A stretch of DNA of 64,000 nt from Hemiscyllium ocellatum (GCF_020745735.1 NW_026867603.1:2046001-2110000), one strand, 5' to 3'; counted from the first letter of the stretch, positions 51,006-64,000 are shown. Made by a program: numbers and translations. Notes: generated by a model not told the origin, from the sequence alone.

Positions 51006-51319
51006 ATTTTAAAAATGCTTTACCTCGTAATCAACAGTTATTCTCTCTTATTAGTTCTCGTATTCTGTTAATCTTGCATGCCTAAATTCGAGCTAGGATG
51101 AAGTCAGGATCTGAGTGGGCTATGAATTGTCTATTATTGAGGCAAAATTATAATTTCGTAATATTGCATCTCTGTCCCTATCCATCATTTTACAGATGAT
51201 CGAAAGTAGACCGACTGGTCATTAATTAACAGACAAAAGGATTGAATAACACCCAGTTTTCCATAGTTATGTCAGAAAGAAGATAATGACAAGAGTAAGA
51301 TTCGGCTCCATCAAGGACA

Positions 51320-51900
51320 GGTGTGTGAAGTTGTGCGTGGTGTTCATGGAGGTAGCAAAGGTTGGAAATGAATATTTTTCGTCAGTATTAACTCTGGAAA
51401 GGACAATGTTGTTGAGGAAGATATTGAGGTGCTGTATGTCAGACTAGACGGAATTGGGGTTAACAAGGAAGAGTTTAGGACTTCTGGCAAGTGTGAAAAT
51501 AGATATGCCCTCCGGGGCGGATGGAATTTATCCCACGATTCTCTTGGAAGCCGGGGCGCGGGCAGACGGAGGTTGTATAGATTTTGGATTTGATCTTTAT
51601 GTCGTCCCTGTCTACAGGAAGAGTGCCAGGAAACTGGGGGATAGCAAATGTATTCCCGCTTTTCAAACAGGGGAGGGGATACAACCTAATGATTATAGAC
51701 CGGTGAGACTTATTCCAGTTGCGGGTAAAGGGTTAGAAAGGGAAATAAACTATAGAATTTATAATCATTTGGAAATGCATTGCTTGATTATGGATAGTCA
51801 ACATAATTTTGCGAAAGGTAATCCTGCCTCAGAAATCAAATAGGGATTTTTTTTTGAGAAGATGATCAGCAGATAGGTGAGGGTTTCCATAGAATCGTCA
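51320..51900 (+). mobile_element. CR1 RT N-terminal fragment
   Basis: SVKIDMPSGADGIYPTIL...NDYRPVRLIP...RIYNHLEMHCLIMDSQHNFAKG. Confidence 0.85.
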
Positions 51901-52095
51901 AATTACAAATGGAAGCTGCCCACGGATCGTTTGAAATTGACAAATATTGATTTGTTTTTCACGATATCGTGGGGAGGAGAAATGAACCGGACTGATGCAA
52001 AATGGACACTTTGCACAGCTAATTCAAGTATTCTTCCTGCGCAGTAGGTACAGTCAGTTTTATATGGTTACAGAAGTGAACTGTGGTTACAGGAA

Positions 52096-52387
52096 GTGGG
52101 CGGCACAGTGGCACAGTGGTTAGCACTGCTGCCTCACAGCGTCAGGGACCTGGGTTCAATTCCCGACTCAGTCGACTGTGTGGAGTATGTACGTTCTCCC
52201 TGTGTCTGCGGGGGTTTCCTCCCATAGTCCAAAGATGTGCAGGTCAGGTGAATTGGCCATGCTAAATTGCCCGTAGTGTTAGGTAAGGGGTATATGTAGG
52301 GGTGTGGGTGGGTTGTGCTTCGGCGGGTCGGTGTGGACTTGTTGGGCCGAAGGGCCTGTTTCCACACTGTAAGTAATCTAATCTAAT
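52096..52387 (+). mobile_element. V-SINE (HE1-like), young copy
   Basis: Near-identical to 4962-5277, with (TCTAA)n tail. Confidence 0.9.
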
Positions 52388-52949
52388 CAAAAAAAGTTAA
52401 TTACAAGGCAATGCAGTTTCGATTGCATTTAATAGGAAATGATAACATGTTCGCCAATATACATTGGTAACAGTTGTAACAGGAGGTTTAGCCAATCTGC
52501 AGAAATGGCTTGCATCCTGACTTCAATAGGCCCCGAGACTCGTTTTCATTTTTGTCAAGTTTCTTGATGCCACCTAGTCTGCTTGAGCTTTGTGTGGGTT
52601 GAGTCGCTGAGGAGAAAGGGAATGAGCTTTTGGCTTCAAGACTGGCCATGCTAATCTGAGGTAACAAAAAAAGTTAGCAAATCATCTGGGAAGTGCACTC
52701 CTTCAGTTGGGACACTGCTTAGGTAAGATCTCGCTTCCCTGTTAGTCCCTGAGCTGAGTCTGGTCACTTTGAAGTACCAGCAACCTTATGGGTTGCCGAT
52801 CGCTGTCTAAAAAGAGACATTATTTCTGTGAACGAATGGTGTGCAAGCAGAGTGTTCTTTTTCTTTTCTTCCACAATTCCTTTTTTTTTGTTTTTGTTAA
52901 GGAAGTGATAGGACAAGGGTTGTAGTGAAAGGAGGACACAACCAGAGTC

Positions 52950-54170
52950 AGAGTGGTTATGTGGTGGGGAAGGCTCAGATTCACTGGGGTCATATTTAGA
53001 AATTGTGCCGGGGTCCGAATACTCTGCTTCAGAGGGAAAATTTACTATCGCAGTCAACATTCACGAATTGGATAGTGAGGCAGGTGGGTGTAGCAGCAGT
53101 AAGCACAACCGTATACAGCAATGTTTGATGTTCATGTCAGTGATTGCGATAAGGACAATGATGGTCATGAAGACAATGAGTCCCTGCAGCAAAGCTGTGC
53201 CCAAGAAACCTATCAAAAAGCACATCTCACTGTGCTCTGGATGTGCAGCACAGTGGCAACTCATTGGATATTTTGATCTCAGTCAGTGATATTTTCACTG
53301 GATTTGGGTGCAGCAAATGGAGCCAAAGAGGGTGCATGTACCCCGCTTCTCGACCAGCAGATAGTGCAAAAGTCATCCGGTTCTGTATGGCTATAGTACG
53401 AATGTCTTCGCATTTAGCTGCTTGATCGCTTTGGCTGTCGCATTGCCCACCTCTTCCAAGGTGGGAGCCAATGTGGGGTTTCTAATTCCAAGTGGACAGC
53501 TACATGGCGATGTGAAAACATAGAGAGAACCCGTTCAAGAGTGATGAGGGTTCGCCTTCTGCAAGTTCGTGGCTTCGTGAAGGGAGAGGACTGGGAATAA
53601 TCGCGAAATGGGATGACATAAAAAATTTTGCAGCTCGCAGTCAAAGATTCATGTCGGCTTTGTGGCCACAAATGAAGTATGTGCCATTGTTGATCCGCAG
53701 AGTGTCAGTCTGGGTTCCTATCCAGACGGTTGTGGAAGCGTCATTCAAGGTGGTCCTGTTGAGGTCCTGCAAGTATAGTACACCGCCTGACGATGTGGAC
53801 AGACTCGCCAATGGGTTAAGGAGCAGGGGGTTTGCACACCGGCTGTTACCAGTATTCCATCCCGCGGATTTCCGTTTGTCAGACAAATGGATCCCTCGGG
53901 TGCAGCTTGTCCATGAGGAGTAGGGCTGGAGGTTTGTGGGAGACATTTACAAGGTGTAGGACCAACATTGTCATTTGCTCAGTCGGTATTCTGTTGATTG
54001 CTAACAGGTTTGACAGTTTCCCTCGTACGTTCCCATTTCAGTTGGACGGCTGGAAGTTAAAAGCTTCCCAGTACTCCGATTTCCCATACATCTTTGTCAT
54101 GTTATACTTTTTTCCCCACTTTGTCTTTATATTATCCTTAACTACACTCGCCAGCGCTACCTCCCCTTAG
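52950..54170 (-). mobile_element. env: Endogenous retrovirus env relic (gamma-type Env)
   Basis: Across frameshifts the minus strand gives SU ...RINNGTYFICGHKA, a basic RTCRRR cleavage-like site, a heptad LEEVGNATAKAIKQLNA, ISD IAIQNRM/LHYLLVEKRGT, CX6CC (CTLFGSICC, 53310-53336) and the anchor FLGTALLQGLIVFMTIIVLIAI. Confidence 0.85.
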
Positions 54171-54179
54171 GATCTTCCT

Positions 54180-55810
54180 TCCTTTTTGGAATGAACTGAT
54201 CCTGCATCTTCTGCATTATACCCAGAAATACCTGCCATTGTTGTTCCACTGCCATCCCAGCTTGGGTATTGAACTACTGAACTTTGGCCAGCTCCTCCCT
54301 CATAGCTCCATAGTTCCCCTTATCTAACTGTAATATTGTCACTTCCGATTCCACCCTCTCCCTTTCAAACTGCAGATTAAACTTATTGCATTGTAGTCAC
54401 TACCTACTAATGGCTCCTTCACTTCAAGGTCCCTGATCAAATCCGGTTCGTTGCACAACACTAGATCCAGAATTGCTTTCTCCCTGGTAGGCTCCAGCAC
54501 AAGCTGATCTAACAGTCCATCTTGGAGGCACTCCACAAACGCCCTTTCTTCATATCCATTACCATACTGATTCTCCCAGTCTACCTGCATGTCGAAATCC
54601 CCCATAACAGCTGTAGTAATATCTTCGTGGATGGCTAATTTCAGCTCCTTATTCAACTTACAGACAACATCCATGCTACTGTTTGAGCGCTTGCAGATAG
54701 CTCCCATGAGGGTCTATCCATACTGACTCTACATCCCCTGATTCTAGGTTTCCCCGCACACGGGACTGAATATCATTCCTTACCAACATGGCCACCCTAC
54801 CCCCTCTGCCAGTCAGCCTGTCTTACAATAGCACATATAGCCTTGAATATTTATTTCTCAGGCCCTGTCCACTTGAAGACACGTCTCAGTTATCCCTATA
54901 ATATGGTACCTGTAAATTTATAAATGAGCCTCAAGCTCACTTAATTTCTAATGTTTTGTGCATTCCTATACAAAATATTTAATTTGTTACTCCCCTCACC
55001 CTTCCTATCAATCCCTATTTCACTTCACCTTATGGCATTACCCTTAATGAGTTGTCTTTCTTGAATTCTCTTGATCTAACTTTCCATCTAACTTACCTTT
55101 TAATCTTCCAATTTGTCCCCTCCACCCCCACTCCCCCATCCTTATTTAGTTTAAACACAGCTGTGTTGTTGTGACAAAGCTACCTGCCAGAATGCTGGTC
55201 CCCCTCCTACTAAGGTGCAAACCGTCCGTCTTGTATAAATTATCCTTACCGCTAAACATACCCCAGTGATCCAAGAATTTAAATCCTTGCTTCGTGCACC
55301 AGTTCCCTAACCACACATTCAAGTCCATTATCTCCCTGTTCCTGTCGTCTCCAGACCGAGGAGCTGGAAGCAAACCGGAGAAACCACCCTGGATGTCCTG
55401 CTTTTCAGCCTTCTTCCGAGTTCTCCGAATTCTCTTTGCAGAATGTCCTTCCTCTTCTTCCCGACGTCATTTGTGCAGACATGCACCACTATGTCTGGCT
55501 CTTCCCCTTCGCCCTTGAGGATTTCCTGCACTCTGTTTGCTCTGCCCTTAATCCTGGCACCAGGAAGGCAACACACCATCCTCAAATACCGCCTTTTGCC
55601 GCAGAAACAACTTTCAATCCCTCTCGCTCTGGACTGCCCTATTATCACGCTTCCGTGTGATGTCTGACTCCTCGGCTCTGCCTCCACGCCAATTTCTGAT
55701 TGGCTGATCTGACCGCCTCTTGGACTGACAGTGACGTCAGTCTCGAAAGCATACTGACTTAAATAACGCTCACCCACCTTTCTAACAACCTCTGCGCTCC
55801 CGCCGCTCCC
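54180..55810 (-). mobile_element. CR1 LINE (ORF1 esterase and ORF2 endonuclease)
   Basis: MVCCLPGARIKG...PDIVVHVCTNDVG; FLDHWGMF...DGLHLS; AVMGDFDMQVDW...ILDLVLCNEPDLI. Confidence 0.92.
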
Positions 55811-55814
55811 TGCT

Positions 55815-56350
55815 GAAGTTTTTATCTGTCTCACCAGACAACAACTCACCAGGACAAAGGACCCGATACACAGAATGAGCAAAACCAATGTTCTGTACAA
55901 AATCCCATGCAAGGACCACACAAAACACTACATAGGAAGAACAGGAAGACAGCTAACAATCTGTATCCATGTTCACCAAATAGCCACGAAATAACACGAC
56001 CAACTATCCTTAGTAGCCACACACAGAGATGAAAAACAACATGAATTCGACTAGGTTAACACTACTATTATAGGGCAGGCCAAACAGAGAACAGCCAGGG
56101 AATTCCAACAGGCATGGCACTCATCCACAGATTCTATCACCAAACACATCGACCTGGACCCAATATACTGGCCACTGCAGCGGACAGCAACTGACAACCG
56201 GAAGCGGCAGAGACAAACGACTGTTAATTCCCGGAGGAAACATCACAGAAGCGCTTCACAGGAGGTTCCCAAGCACTGAGGATGTCACCTAGAAAGGGGA
56301 GAAACGTTTGCAACACAAACTCCCAGCTCGGCGAACAGAACCACAAACAG
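55815..56350 (+). mobile_element. Penelope-like element (second lineage): GIY-YIG 3' end
   Basis: NVLYKIPCKDHTKHYIGRTGRQL...QAKQRTAREF..AWHS and a terminal CTGAGGA...GAAACGTT core. Confidence 0.88.
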
Positions 56351-56439
56351 ATACTAGTGAGTTGGTCAGGTGTTTAGGTGGCTATTTGGTCTGTGTGCAT
56401 ACTGGCCCCGAGTTTCCTGCCTGTGTGACCGATGCAGTA

Positions 56440-57460
56440 TTAGTCAGAGGGATGAATGACACGTATACGACCTGGGACAAAAAGAACTTCAAGTAGCACT
56501 GGAATCCAATCCAAAGAAAATAGAGTTATGAAGCAAACGCAGCAGGCCATCAGACAGACAATAACACCAACACTTAACAGGATGAAAAAAGGAGCACACT
56601 CAACACACAGGAGTGGAAAGCCCTGGAAGGTCTCAGAAAATATAAGAAGTATTGTAATCCGACCAACTAAAATATGGCACATAACTGTCATCCAGGACAG
56701 AACACAGTGCATTCAAAACTCACTACTCACCGACGGAAGGCAATGGACCTGGTTCCACAGAAAGAAAACAGGATCACAACTGACTGAGGAAATTCTACAA
56801 AACAGACGAAATAAATACGACAGACGGGCAAAGAATGAAACCTGGTGAATCCAACACATCACTTTTATCGGAATTGCCGAGGCACAAATATTTGGGGGTC
56901 ATTTCAGACACTTAGTGTCACTCATTGGCATACCGACGTACAGAATAACTAAAGAACTTCAACATAAACTGAACACCTATTGGAAGCCTCACGCAACTCC
57001 GTCCACTCCACCCAACAATTCTTGAACATTATCCAAACAACAAGCTATGGGAAGACGAAGTCATGGTTACTTTCAACGTAACGGCCCTATTCATTTCAAT
57101 TAACATCCGCCTGGCCAAAGAAAAACTGACTGCACTACGAGACGAACAAAGGATGCAAACTCCAGACAGCACCAACTCCATCAGCAAAGACAGCATCTTC
57201 AAAGCAGTAGACCCATGCCTCACAACTCATTTCACCTTCAACGACAGGACATACAAACAAAGCAACTGTACACGCATGTGATCACCAATACCAGTATTCT
57301 TAGCAGAAGTCGTTATCCAGAGATTCCATGATCAGCCCATCTCACGATGTAATACAATCTTTGCATCCACTATTCGGACGACGCATTTGTTATCCCGAAA
57401 TGGAACAAATTCGAAGAAACCTGCAATCTCAGAAACAACATTCACCAAAGAGGAAGAGAA
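56440..57460 (+). mobile_element. Penelope-like element (second lineage): RT region
   Basis: IVIRPTK..., KPGESNT.., MVTFNVTALFISI...THFTFNDRTYKQSNCTRM*SPI. Confidence 0.85.
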
Positions 57461-57639
57461 CATAAACAGACTCTCCTTCCCAAATGAAGGGCTTTTGTCC
57501 GAAACGTCGATTTTCCTGATCCTCGGATGCTGCCTGACATGCTGTGCTTTCGCAGCTCCGCTCCAATCTCTAGCATCTGCAGTACCCACTTTCCCCTACC
57601 TTGATATCACAATATAAACATTGTGAGTCGGAGTTCAGA

Positions 57640-59950
57640 TGCCATAGTGTAGCTGTACGGCACATTGTTGAAGTCATCTTGTTGATCAGTATGGTTGATC
57701 AACATTGTTAATCAAATCTCCTCTCAGAATCCTCTGTTCCAAACCTTCCTCATTACTGCATTTTCACCTTCACAGAATAACGACTTTCCTGTGTACTCTC
57801 TCCAGTCCAATTCCACCCTTTCATATGATAGGGAGACCAGAACTGCACACAGTCCGCAAGCTGCGATAGAACTCATTATTTACACAGTTCCAGCATGAGC
57901 ATTCTGCTCTTCTATTTTGAAGTTTGGCTGGTAGTGGAAATGAATCCATTCTCTCACTTACAGAAATGATTGAGGTGCCCGTTTACTTTGTGTGTTCTGC
58001 ACACTCTGTCTATCCTCTCACTTATTGTGCATTCTCTCTGTTTTTGATGTCCCCAAATGCTTTTCCTTGCACTTCTCTTGGTTGTTTGCTTCATTCACCT
58101 GCGCCCAATAGTTTCCGTTTTTAAAGAGTATACCATGTATTCTCTTGCCAAATCCAAGTACATCACATCAATTTTCAAGTTAATGTCTTAAGCCAAAGGA
58201 ACCAGATTAATTCTGCGTGAGCGTCCTTGAACAAATTCAGGCCGACAGTCTGGGAGTCTTTGGGCAAAAATACAGCAAAAGAAAAGTTGCAGTAATACTC
58301 GAAATTTGAAGTCTTTTGATATTAAAAAGGAATATAATGAGGAAACCAATGGTTTTAGAGCAATAATTGGGATGAAAGCCAAGGTAGATTTATTGAATGA
58401 GTATCATATCTGAGAAACTGACTGGTAGATAAATTATGGAGAAACAATCGATTCAACGCATTTAGGTCAGCAGAAAAAAATATCAATAAAGACCCAAGCT
58501 GACTGGGCAAAATCAAATCTTATAGAATTGAGGCTAACATATTGGCATGTCTTAAAAATTGGAGAACTGGCAGAAAACAATATGTTTTTGGTTCGGAAGG
58601 CTCGTGTGGTATCACATGGATCAGTGTTTGCACCCCAACATCGCAATACATATCAAACATACTTTTACCCAAACCTGCAGATGTCACTAAAAGATGTCAG
58701 ATTATGAGTAGGTGAGGAGCAGGTTTCAAAAAAACGCTCCAAGGTGACTGAGACAATGGGAGTGAATGTGGAAATACATGGCAGCCGAAAAACAATTTGG
58801 AGTTATGCACTTTGGTGATTTTTAGAGAATATCAGCCTGCAGTTGAAGAAGGATTGTTTAGAAAATATTGATCGATAAATCTTTTCATGGTTCTCTTATT
58901 GTTTTGATCAGCGCAGACCTCTGAGGTCAATGCAGGACAGTGTTCCCTGAAACCAGCTATTAGTATTGGAATAACATTGGCACGCTGAGCAGTGTACATA
59001 GAACGACTACGAGGGTAGCTTTTACATTGAAAAGGATCTGGATATGCGTGTCCACCAGTCACTGAAAGCAATATTGCAGGAGCAGAAAGCATGATAAATG
59101 GTGTGTTGAACTTTATTTCTGGGGAATTCAAGTAGGTGAGTAAGGGCGTCTCACTGCAGCAATATAGGACGATGTTGAGACCTCATTTCGAGCATTGTGC
59201 AGTACCGTGTCCAGTTTGGTCTTCTTACCAAATAAAAGACAAATCAGATATTGAGGGAGAGCAGGGAAGGATGACCAGACTGATCACTGTGACGATCGCC
59301 TTTTTGTGTTAGCACATTTTGGGTCGAAATGGCGTGTATTCCATGCGTTTCAGACCTCAACGAAATATAAAAAGCACTGACAATACGGAATAGATTTGAA
59401 GGAGAGATGATAATTCCTCTGGCTGGGAGGTCTAAAACAATGGGCCACAGTGTTAGGTATGGACAGACCGCTGTGCATTGAGATGAGGATAAATGTGTCC
59501 ACTCAGAGACTGGTGAACCTGGATCACATTCTACCACATAAAAATGCACCTCTTTGCCCACTCTCCTACCCTGTCCAAATCCTTCTGTAGATCTGCACGT
59601 CTGCTTCATGCTCCCTCTCCATCTCCCTAGATTTGCATCGTCTACAAACAAGCTAGAAGTCTTTCAGTTCCTTCTTCTGGACAGTTAATGTATAAAGTGC
59701 ATAGTTGTGGTCCCCACACTAAGCCTTGCAGACCACCATTTGTCAATGGCTGCCATCCTGAAAACAACTGTTTTATCCCAGCTCTCTGCTTTCTGCCAGA
59801 CAGACAAACTTCTGTACAGTTCGAAACATTCAAAAATCTCTTTCTTCGCTGTGGATTCCAGGATATTTACCACAACCGAGGTTAGGCGACTCGATCTGCA
59901 ATTTACCATCTTGTACATTATTCCCTTTTTAAACAGGGGTATCAAATTAG
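57640..59950. mobile_element. Cluster of CR1 RT fragments in both orientations
   Basis: For example MIPLFKKG...CRSSRLTSVVVNILES (59685-59945, -) and CTLYINCPEEG...FVDDANLG. Confidence 0.65.
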
Positions 59951-60589
59951 CGATTTTCGTCAGGGGGCCTAACTAATTCTCACGATTCGTTTTTTGAAAT
60001 TGATCAAAAATCAACAATCTACGTTATTTCTTGTAATTAGATTTATAAAAGTTCCAGAAATACAATTAATTCGCAGTTAACACGGTGCATCTTGCAAACG
60101 TTACGATACTCAAATAGAGAGTTAAGAGTCTGAAAAATATCATAATGGCCGGGTGTGGGGTTGGGCAGGGTAGATGACATGCATGTCCACCTCATAATCA
60201 GCAAGTTTGAACTTTTGAAGATACAATACCTCAGAGCCAATTACAGAGGGATTTCTTAGCACCCCTTAGAGAGTAATCAAAATGGGGACTGGCGGTGTGT
60301 GTGTGTGGAGGGTGGGGGGTGTGGGGGGGCGGGGTTTGGTGTATGTGCTCAAAGTTGGAAATGTATCAGTTACAATATTCCGAAATGATTTATGCGTCTT
60401 TTTGCCTTTTTGTTGTGTGTTCTAACTGAGCTGTAACTCGCTGATAACGGTCTCATAGATGTAACCCACAATGTGGTCTCTCAGTGAAAATCTGAGATAT
60501 AATGATCTCGCGGAATCCGGCAGGATGGCGAAAAGAACCCAGTCGTTACTGTCGACCAGAGTCCCACCATGGCGTCCATAGAGGTAAGT

Positions 60590-61040
60590 ACTGCACCTCC
60601 ACAAAGATTTGGTCTCATGCAGAAAGGCTGCGTGTCTTAATTCTGTTTTCGTCAGTGGGAAGACGTTTGGGAGATGACTTATTTGAGACACATAACAAAA
60701 TCAGAAGGGTAGATAGCCAGAGGCTTTTTTCTCGGATGGCGATTGCTTTCGCGAGGGACATAGCAATGAATTGAAGGGTGATACATATAGGACAGATGGC
60801 AGAGGTAGCTTTATTACTCAAAGAGTAGTAGCATGGGCGTGAAATGCACGACCTGCAACAGTTGTAGACTCGCCAAGTTTAAGAGCGCTTAAATATCATT
60901 GGGTAAACATATAAATGAAAATGGAATTGTGTAGGATAGATAGGGTTCAGGTTGTTTCCACAGGTCGGTGCAATGTCGAGCACAGAAGAGCCTGTCCTGT
61001 GGTGCAATGTCCTATATTCTATGTTCTACTGTGAAAGTCA
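60590..61040 (+). mobile_element. CR1 3' end
   Basis: RRLGDDLFETHNKIRRVDSQRLFSRM and the GTAGACTCGCCAAGTTTAAG tail. Confidence 0.75.
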
Positions 61041-61639
61041 AGGCACTGAATTTAATAAGGATACCGAGACATTAAAAAGGTGGATGGTTTGGCGATAGAG
61101 ATCATCGATGACTATATTTAATGGTATCTATCCCAACGATGACCCAAAAAACCTCTTGCAGTTCCCTTCCTGATTTCTTTTCCCAACATTTGGGACAAGT
61201 GCATTGAAATGATTTTCGTCCATGATCTACAGTTAGGGAGACCATATAGGTTCAATGGCCTGCTCGTGTCCTGACGCCATCTGTGGGAAAGCTCTGTAAA
61301 TAATTTTACAAGTCCTCAGATGTCAGGAAGGCAGCCTCTGCTCTGTCAAGAGGAATGTGCATCCCGTTACATGTTCCACTACCGATGCTGGTCCACCGTG
61401 TTCAGTACAGTTTTATACTCGAAGACATTATAATTGAGGATCCGGTTTGGTTGTTTCGGAGACCAGTGTCGGTTTTATTACGTTCTGTGCATCTGGAGTT
61501 ACTCTTTGGGCAGACCGGGAAAGCACGGGAGATGTGCTTCCTGAAAGGACATTGGGGAAGCAACTTGTGGCATTCAATCGACATTGGCTTCAAGGTCACT
61601 AATACAGAAACCAGATTTCAGATCTCTATATTTTATTAA

Positions 61640-62400
61640 TTGTTTTTAATTTCAACCAGCTGCCAAATGATTAAACTGGTGTGGATCAGTCATCCAGCGA
61701 CTTTTCCACAAAGACGACACCATCTCCACGTTGGGGCACCTCGGAGTCCAAACTGAACATGATATTCCTGTGCTGCTTCACGGCTCTGTCAAAACGAACT
61801 TCGACTAATTTGATTATCGTGATGAGACTAGTGGTGTGGTAATTGGTCAGATTGTAATGATTCTCCTGGTAACGAGGTGGACACAGTTGAGAATTTTTCC
61901 ACATTGGCAGGCAGATGTCAGCGTTACAGCTGGAATGTAACAGCTTCCCCAGAGACAAGGCTTGTTGTGTAGCATAAGTCTTCTGTCCCATTGCAGGCAT
62001 GCTGTTAGGACCGATTGCCTTTGCCGTATCTCCTGTCATATCCATTTTACTTTTCATTTCACGTACAGTGAATCAATTTGATTGAAGACGGGCATCTATG
62101 ATACTGTAAGCATCATGACGAGTGGATAACAGACACAACACGTATGTCTGAAGGTGGTACAGATACTACGTTCGAGTTTTTACTTTGAGGTCCAGACCTG
62201 CTCCGTAATTTTGAGTGGATATATTGTGAAGCCATCTCCTTCAGTGAGTTGTTTTATCGTCCATCATCATTTCTGACTCGATGGAGCAATACAGTAGAGT
62301 AATGATCTGTTCTGTTGGTCTTGCGATCATTTCACCCTCTCCATTGGATTTGACTTCTACTGCTTGGAATGTAAGCAGTCAGGTGCGGTCCGGTTAGGGA
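61640..62400 (-). mobile_element. CR1/L2-clade LINE RT fragment (same family as 5290-7370)
   Basis: LPMWKNSQLCP...NLTNYHTTSLITIIKLVE matches the pre-RT WK.A.V.P..K...NYRPISL motif. Confidence 0.65.
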
Positions 62401-62451
62401 TTGCTTTCAGTTTTAGGTACATGTGGGTCTGACCCTGGCAGGTTCATCCAT

Positions 62452-62637
62452 ACGGGAGAAAGTGAGTACTGCAGACGCTGGAGACCAGAGTTGAAAAGTG
62501 TTGTGCTGCAAAAACACAGCAGGCCAGGCAGCATCCGGGGAGCAGAAGAATCGACGTTTCGGGAATAAGATTATGCCCGAAATGTCGATTCTCCTGCTCC
62601 TCGGATGCTGCCTGGCCTGCTGTGTTTTTCCAGAACC
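62452..62637. repeat. Palindrome of two head-to-head Penelope terminal fragments
   Basis: CAGCAGGCCAGGCAGCATCCGGGGAGCAGAAGAATCGACGTTTCGGG is followed by its near-perfect reverse complement. Confidence 0.85.
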
Positions 62638-64000
62638 AGGTTCATCCATACTCATCAGTTGACCATAGATTGGCTTGATGGTCATGGCAGAATCAGAGAA
62701 TATGTCGGACAAAGATTTACACATTGGGGTTTAATATAAGCCTGCTCCTGCTGCTGCTGTATTCGACAGCACCACATAAATACCCAGTTTAAGCTGCACG
62801 TTATGCATTCGAAATTTTCTGCCTGCCCCCCAATTCACACGAAGACCCATTGACTCGTCATCCCGTATTCAGTGACCTACTCTAGTTTCTGTTGTTGTAA
62901 GATTTCCATTTTATTATTCTCATTTTGCAGAGGGTCTTTTGTGGTGTCGCCTCCAATTTGCCACATTTTTCAAAACATCATTAACGATTCGTTATTGCCA
63001 TTCCAGTAGTGTCAACTTCTGTGATTAAACTGAATGTGTTTCCCTCTGATTCTCTCTCTGTGTTGTTTATTAAGCGTTCCATAGTTCCACTAATGCCAAT
63101 CCTATACAATTTTAGAAGCAATTAATTTATGTTATCATTCACTTCCCCTTGTATGCTAAACCATGTGGGAGAGGGCATTTCAAAAGCTTTGACACAGGTC
63201 TTTGGAACTTTTTCAAGAACAGAAATTGTCGGAGAAACGATGCAGATATGTGGAGTGAAAGCAGAGTTCATATTTTCGGTCCAGTGATGCTTCTCCATAC
63301 CTCCCAGTTTCTCCAACAATTTTTATTTATGTTAAAGAGTTCTAGCATCCACATTTCTTTGTTTTTTTAAAACGAAATGTTTTGCCTCTGGTGATTTCTG
63401 GAGACACACAGCAAATCTAACAGCGTATGCAGAGGCAAAGAAACAGAGTAACGTTTTATTTTCCGTTTGACAATTCTTCAGAACGGAAAAGGATGCTTAA
63501 ATGGACTCTTTAACCTCTTGACGGCGGTGGAGAATGGGTGACGGGTAACAGAGCGTATGGTTGTACCGTGCAAAAAGCAATCAAAATTTTCATTTTGGTG
63601 AAAGAGAGACAGTTGTAAAATGAGTGTAAATTGATGTGTCAAATGGGGAATGGGGTTTACACTACTGAGTGCAAGATTAAAGAGGCATAACCACGTACGT
63701 TCATAGGGAGACCAGTAGAGATAGAGTATGAGAAAAGGAAAACAGTCATAATGGGTTCTGGGTGTGAAGTTCTGGAATTGAATATAAACTCCTAAAAGAC
63801 AGTAACGTTCTAAAGATTAAAGTAAGATTTTTCTCGAGTTTGGTCTGTTCTTCATTGGAATCTTACACAAGCCCAGCACCTAAATGTTAAGCACGGCAGT
63901 AAAGTAGATTATTGTAACGGAAAGCAATGGGAATGTCATTGATATTCCTACAGACTGAGTGGAAGAGCTTCTCAATGCAGTTTCTGTTTTCAAAAATGTG

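Noticed and set aside
210-63370. Most listed short ORFs as genes
   Set aside because: They are short and map to SINE, CR1, Penelope or Gypsy fragments or to antisense frames, without splice-supported gene structure.

Overview
Repeat-rich eukaryotic DNA from a cartilaginous fish; the V-SINE, CR1 and Penelope families look like those of a shark, possibly a carpet shark. No intact protein-coding gene is supportable. The core feature is one decayed IgM heavy-chain cluster on the + strand. It has a leader (ACG start, in-frame TAA), a VH already fused to a D remnant carrying a 12-bp-spacer RSS (germline-joined VD-J type), a JH, a 12.4-kb intron, a frameshifted CH1 and then TM1/TM2 directly, with no CH2-CH4 or secretory exon. 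The upstream flank (about 11.1-13.4 kb) recurs as an inverted duplicate at 1-2.5 kb, which predicts a mirror-image cluster just left of the window, and it contains its own long inverted repeat. Other signals are minimal hammerhead ribozymes in Penelope-like element termini, a gamma-type endogenous retrovirus env relic with a CX6CC/immunosuppressive domain, a Gypsy pol relic and candidate B-cell enhancers. Boundaries of repeats are approximate and were read by eye.
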